From assembly GCF_009914755.1 (NCBI RefSeq), contig NC_060935.1: DNA of 64,000 bases; one strand, given 5' to 3'. Every line of letters begins with the position of its first letter. Positions within the stretch are counted from its first letter, which is position 1. The notes beneath the pieces are model-generated. The model did no database searches. It was not told the origin of the DNA and saw only the letters and a program-made list of their open reading frames with translations. Below, in pieces: positions 58,398 to 64,000 of this stretch. This stretch comes from the human T2T-CHM13v2.0 reference genome, Homo sapiens. The translations under genes were made by a program, and so were the position numbers.

Positions 58398-59244
58398 CTA
58401 GTCAACATGGAGAAACCCCGTCTCTACTAAAAATAGAAAAATTAGCCAGGCTCAGTGGCAGGTGCCTTTAATCCCAGCTACTCAGGAGGCTGAGGCAAGA
58501 GAATCACTTGAACCTATGAGGCAGAGGTTGCAGTGAGCTGAGATCGCACCACTGCACTCCAGCCTGGGTGACAGAGCGAGACTGTCTGAAAAAACAGACA
58601 AACAAACAAACAACAACAACAAAAAGAAACAAAGAAAACTATTGAACTAGTCATCTTAATATTTTAAAAAATGCTTATTTATATTTTATCATGCTTTTAA
58701 AAAATGCTTTTGGATACTTTGTTGCTATCCTATTTTGATTACATATAGGAATGGAGCCATAAACTTCTCACTGCCTCATCATTCGAAGGATATTCCTTTA
58801 CCTCAGGTTTCCTCTTCTCTCTCTAGTCTATATCTGGGAGAGGTACACATATACTCAACCATTTTATTACATTGGGCATACCCAAACATTTTAATATATT
58901 TGTGCTGATATACGTAGGAGCTAGCTTTTGACTTATAGCAAATTTTTCCCTTGAAATAATTTAAGGCCATAAGTATCTATGTCTGTTGTGTTGGTTTATT
59001 TTTTATCTGTGTCCTTTCAGCCATTTTTCTATATTGTTCTATGTATTATCAAGTTCACAGACCCTGAGGACTTTTGGGCTTTTCTGGCATGTTGTTTGAA
59101 AAAAAAAACAAAAAAACAACAAAAACACGACTCAAAAAAAGTAGAAAATTGGCCAGGTGCAGTGGCTCATGCCTGTAATCCCAGCACTTTGGGAGGTCGA
59201 GGAGTGTGGATCACGAGGACAAGAGATTGAGACCATCCTGTCTA

Positions 59245-59454
<210 letters not shown>

Positions 59455-59504
59455 TTAATTACAAATGCATTGGTGGTAAATTTTTAAAATATAATGAGAC
59501 TCAC

Positions 59505-59636
59505 AGGTTTTCCAATATCTGATATTGTCTTTACAGTATGAAATTGATGTACAGCAAAGCACACCAGGTACATGCTCATGGGGACAGACTTCTTGAAAGT
59601 TGTTTGATTCCATTTATCATCCACTGACTCTTCTTT
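59505..59636 (-). pseudogene. ENPEP: ENPEP-like exon 3 (KEESVDDKWNQTTFKKSVPMSMYLVCFAVHQFHTVKTISDIGKP)
   Basis: ttttcaatag acceptor and gtgagt donor, 132 nt, open frame. M1 aminopeptidase PMSTYL motif altered to PMSMYL. Not in the ORF track. Confidence 0.9.
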
Positions 59637-61055
59637 CTATTGAAAAGATCAACTTTTATCTATCAAAAGATCAATCATATACATGCAAGACAAACAAATA
59701 AACGATTGCCCCAAACCTTGCTTTCTAGTCAGAAGTCCTTTGTCAAAGCTTAGAGGTCACATTGTTTGTGGTGATGTTGAAAAGACTACAGGAAAATTAA
59801 CTTTGTTTTTAGAACTGTGAAAAACTGACTGAATTACACACTGTATTAGGTTTTTCAGGGAGAAATAAAATTTTGACTGGACTATCAGTTGAATAGGAGT
59901 TTATCTGTCTACAGTAAACACATCATGCTGACTATAATATTTGAGAATACTGCGATCTCCTAATGAAAAACAGGCTCGTGCTCAAGTATTTTCTGATTCG
60001 ACTGTGCAGAGGGCAATTGCTGTACCCGGTGTCGTGGAACATTGGCTTCTCTTTTCCATCTTTCATTGTCTACATCAAAGACTAAAGGTATGGCCACCAA
60101 AGTCCGTGCCTCGGTCTCCATGGACAGAGAGACGGATTCTATTGCTTGACACAACTACTGACCTATCTGGCTTGTTTTGTCCATGTCTGCTCTGCTGTCC
60201 TCACTGTCGATCACCTATCCTAAGACTTCTACCATGAATACTTGCCCAATTCCTGCTTCCATTACTTAATCATTGCCACATCTCCTGCAGTCACTCTATT
60301 TGAGATGGCTTCAAAAGAGATTAAGTGAGGGAGGCTGGACTAGAATGGGTGCTGCTGATGCTTCAAGCATGTGTGTGCATGCCGGTGTATAATTGTGGTG
60401 GGGCTCCAGGCTACATTACTCTACCATAAAAACCTAGTAGTGTTAGTTTTGATCTCCTAAGAACCCAGAATATTCCCCTTCTTCCAGGACTACTATCTGG
60501 ATCTAGTAGAAGGTGAAGTGTAACTCTGCACAGTGAAACGGCCATAAGGGAAGATCTTAAACAGAAGTGGGTGAATTTGCCATTTTTCCCCCCACCTTCA
60601 TCTAGATTGGTGTGTCATACTTTAAGTTTATCCTTTCCTCTTTCTTCTCCAATCAAACCTTAGAAGAAAACACATTGATAATTAATTCTCATTGAGGCAG
60701 GGATGGCTGCTAAGAGTACATTTTAATCCTCTGAAGCTTTTATTTGCTTTATTTTGTTGTTGCTTTTTCAAGGAATACTTTATCATTTAAAAAGACAAAT
60801 TTTAATGATAATATTTCAAATAGTGGATCAGAAAGATGGGAGACATAATTTGGGGCTGGTGTCCTTCTCATTATTATACCTAAAGATGAGCCTGACCCTT
60901 TTACATGTCAAATGTATAAAGTATGTAAACCTCAACTTTGAGGTACCCTAGGTAACAACATTATCCATTATGGAGATAAGAGGCAATAGCAGAAAAAAGT
61001 GTTTTATGTTAATGAATAATTAATACAGGCAGAAATTATCAGCCTGTTATTTTTT

Positions 61056-61412
61056 CTCTTTTTTAAATTTAATTAAATTAATTTATTTGTTTATTATACT
61101 GGGATACAGGTGCAGAACGTGCATGTTTGTTGCATAGGTATACACATGACATGGAGGTTTGCTGCACCCATCAACCCGTCATCTATATTAGGTATTTCTC
61201 CTAATGCTACCCCTCCTCTAGCCCCCCAGCCCTTGATAGGACTTGGTGTGTGATGTTCCCCTCCCTGTGTCCATGTGTTCTTATTGTTCAACTCCCACTT
61301 ATGAGTGAGAACATGCAGTGTTTGGTTTTCTATTCCTGTGTTAGTTTGCTGAGAATGATGGTTTCCAGCTTCATTCATGTCCTTGCAAAGGACATGAACT
61401 CATCCTTTTTTA
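61056..61412 (-). mobile_element. 5'-truncated L1PA7/8-type 3' fragment in the ENPEP-like intron
   Basis: L1PA 3'UTR text; TSD CAGCCTGTTATTTTTT at 61040-61055 and 61413-61428. Confidence 0.85.
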
Positions 61413-61947
61413 CAGCCTGTTATTTTTTTCTCCAGACATTTAATAAGCACTTCCTATCACCAAAGGAGTCTATGGGCAGAGTATTTCCTGGAGTTTGCTT
61501 CCACAACCCAGTATTTAAGTGATTTTTTTATAGTAGCTTTATCTTTAAAAAGAAAAAAACTGGGTTTATAGTCACCTGAAAACTAAGTACTGAGTAGCCC
61601 TCAAATATTTTCAAGTCTGTAATTCCATTAGTTTGCCATTACTGTAATTTATCATGACTCACTCAGGGATTCTGGCAGCTAAGCAGAGCTCAAGCTGATG
61701 TATGTGTCTATGGCATTGTCTCTTGTGTAGAAACACCAATGTGGCTTTCTTACTGGACTGTGATATCTTAAAAACTTCCAGGACTCAAAGAAAAAGATTG
61801 CCAAAATGTATTTCACTCGGCTAAATAAACTATTAGTGCACATTTAGTTTTAGAATTCAATGGGTTTTCTTTCACCAAAAATCAGGTAATTGACCTAATG
61901 TTGTCAACAGACTCTCTGCATAAATAAAACATTTAAAAAATACTTAC

Positions 61948-62089
61948 TGCCACTGGCATATGTGAAAGTGCTTCATATTCTTTGGGATGGGTGACAGATA
62001 TTGTATAAGTTGCCTTTTTGTTGGGCTTATCAAAACAAGGAAAGAATTTCCTGGCATCTGTTGGTTCATGATCAGTGGCCGCTATGCTC
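61948..62089 (-). pseudogene. ENPEP: ENPEP-like exon 2 (SIAATDHEPTDARKFFPCFDKPNKKATYTISVTHPKEYEALSHMPVA)
   Basis: tttgtttctaag acceptor and gtaagt donor, 142 nt. Aminopeptidase A-specific TDHEPTDAR; conserved FPCFDEP changed to FPCFDKP and SNM to SHM. Confidence 0.92.
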
Positions 62090-62327
62090 CTTAGAAACAA
62101 ACACACAAACAAAATGCATGCTGCCTCTTCTGACAACCCCTATGTCTCTATTCCTAGGGAAAAATAAATCAGCTATGCAATTATAACTATTACAGTTCTA
62201 AAAATGAGGTACCATCTAGAAAATGATCAAATATTTGTCAAAGGTTTTCCTGGAATTTTTAGGTTAACAAATTTTTAAAAAATCCTGAGACAGATTGCTT
62301 CAGATATTTCATTCACATATTTATTTG

Positions 62328-62360
62328 TCAAAAACCGCAGTTACTTTTGCACCAACCTAA
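62328..62360. mobile_element. Half MADE1 (Hsmar1 MITE) terminal repeat
   Basis: CAAAAACCGCAGTTACTTTTGCACCAACCTAA. Confidence 0.75.
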
Positions 62361-63157
62361 CAGCTATTTTGGTGCCACAACTAAAAATCTGTGGAGAAGC
62401 AAAAATAAATCCAATTATGAGCTAGTACTCTCTCCACCCCAAAGCCATTGAGCAACAAGTAGATAAACACAAAGCCAAACTCAAAAGCTTGTGTCTAACT
62501 GCCCTTATGGGAAGTGAACAGCTGTCTTCTGTCACAGAGTGATGTTTATTCCAGAGTCCCCAGTCCCTGTCCCTAATGACACATTCTTTGTTATTTATGT
62601 TACACCAGGGACAAAACCCTAGTTTCATTTCCATGTAAAGGCAGTGCTGAGTAATCTCTTAGATGAAGTAACCTTTGTCTTAGTTTAAAGCTCACTCTTA
62701 AAAAGAGAAAACAGCATTTTATTTTTATGGCTCTAACTAGGCTTATACTTGTGTAAACTAAAATGTTAATGTTTAGTATTTTCATAATTTCAAGGTGAAA
62801 ATATTATTTTCTGAGTAATTGCTCAAAAAAACAATAAACATACACTTTTTACATGTAAATGTATTACAGTAAGAGAATATTATATATTTGCTTATTAGAA
62901 AATGAAGCAAAGTAAAAAGTATAAAAATAAAGAAATGGTAATTTCTATTCATTAATAATTTGTGTAAGGAAAAATTTTGTCTTTCAGGATTCTTGAAACT
63001 AAGGAAGACATATCATAAACAATATCAGGCTAAGTTATTACATCATCCATTCATCCAAGAAATATTAATTGATCCCCTTCCACACACGCACATGCACACA
63101 CAAGCACCTATGCATGCATGCGTGCACACATGTGCAGACATTTGTCTAGCTGCTGTA

Positions 63158-63888
63158 TGAAACTGCCTTTGCAAAATTATAACAGAGGAAATTATGAGAG
63201 TGAAAAAAGTCAGACCTAACCGACTCCATCTTGCTTTTAACCTTCAAGCTGTACTTGTTCAGTCCTGAGCACAGGCTGAACTAATTTTGGGAAGGAATTT
63301 GGTTCATGGTTTCACTCTGAAACTAAATTGATAATAGCCCTTTCCTGAAAAGACCTCCTTCTTCCCTAGGGACCAGTCTGCCTTTGCAGAACTAACAAAT
63401 TAGGTACAAGATTAGAAATTACAGTTTAGGGGTCATGCAGCCTCTGGCTGTAAGAGTCTCAACCTCCTCAAATTCCTCATGGGGATAACATTACTGCTGT
63501 AAAACCTAAGATTAGCCCTTGAGATATTTTGCAGACTCCGTACTTGATGGATCAGCTAACACCACCCAGGCCAGTAATCTGGCTCAACCAGTTCTGCCAT
63601 GCCACCCAGGAAGAGAAAACAGCAAGAAAAACTCACTTTGACCCTCTATGACTCCATCTCCAACTTGACCAGTCAGCAGTCCCCACTTCCCAAGCCCCTA
63701 CCTGCCAAATTATCTTAAAAACTCTGATCCCCAAATACTGGGGGAGACAAAGTTGAGTAATAATAAAATTCTGGTCTCCTGCACAGCTGGCTCTGTGTGA
63801 ATTACTCCTTCTCCATTTCAATTCCCCCCATCTTGATAAATCGGCTCTGTCTAGGCAGTGGGCAAGGTGAACCCATTGGGCAGTTACA
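63158..63888 (+). mobile_element. LTR8 ERV1 solo LTR
   Basis: TGAAACTGCCTTTGCAAAATTAT...GGGCAGTTACA; exact 4-bp TSD TGTA. Confidence 0.87.
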
Positions 63889-64000
63889 TGTATAGATAAG
63901 ATTCCGTACTGCTTACAGGGTGTTAGACAAGAGACACACAAATAAATAATTTAGGACAGTGATGATAGCTATATAGAAAATAAAACATTGGAAGAGATAG

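Overview
Primate, most likely human, genomic DNA; an AluY with human-lineage Yg-type diagnostic changes is present. The window has no intact protein-coding gene and reads as a mosaic segmental duplication, probably pericentromeric, built from intron-containing gene fragments. (1) An AT-rich intron at 1-1.75 kb carries a 21-nt microexon that I recognise as SEPTIN7-like. (2) The last four exons of a PHKG1 (muscle phosphorylase kinase gamma) pseudogene lie on + at 2131-3342, followed by probable antisense SUMF2 3'UTR. (3) An extremely Alu-dense block runs to about 20.9 kb. (4) A more AT-rich block contains L2/MIR/old L1, MaLR, LTR22 and LTR8 solo LTRs, DNA transposon relics and a full-length dead L1PA (50.0-56.2 kb). 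(5) Two exons of an ENPEP (aminopeptidase A) duplicate lie on - at 59.5-62.1 kb. Almost all ORF-track entries are Alu, L1 or low-complexity artefacts. The most notable observations are a stop-free spliced frame through the PHKG1 pseudo-exons that the septin microexon could join in frame, a 125-bp inverted templated insertion inside an Alu, an L1 3' transduction, a young nested AluYg element and a candidate 5-exon transcript. No CRISPR, rRNA or tRNA was seen. I found no convincing new biological system; the gene-level novelties are hypotheses. Family and gene assignments come from recognition, not database searches.
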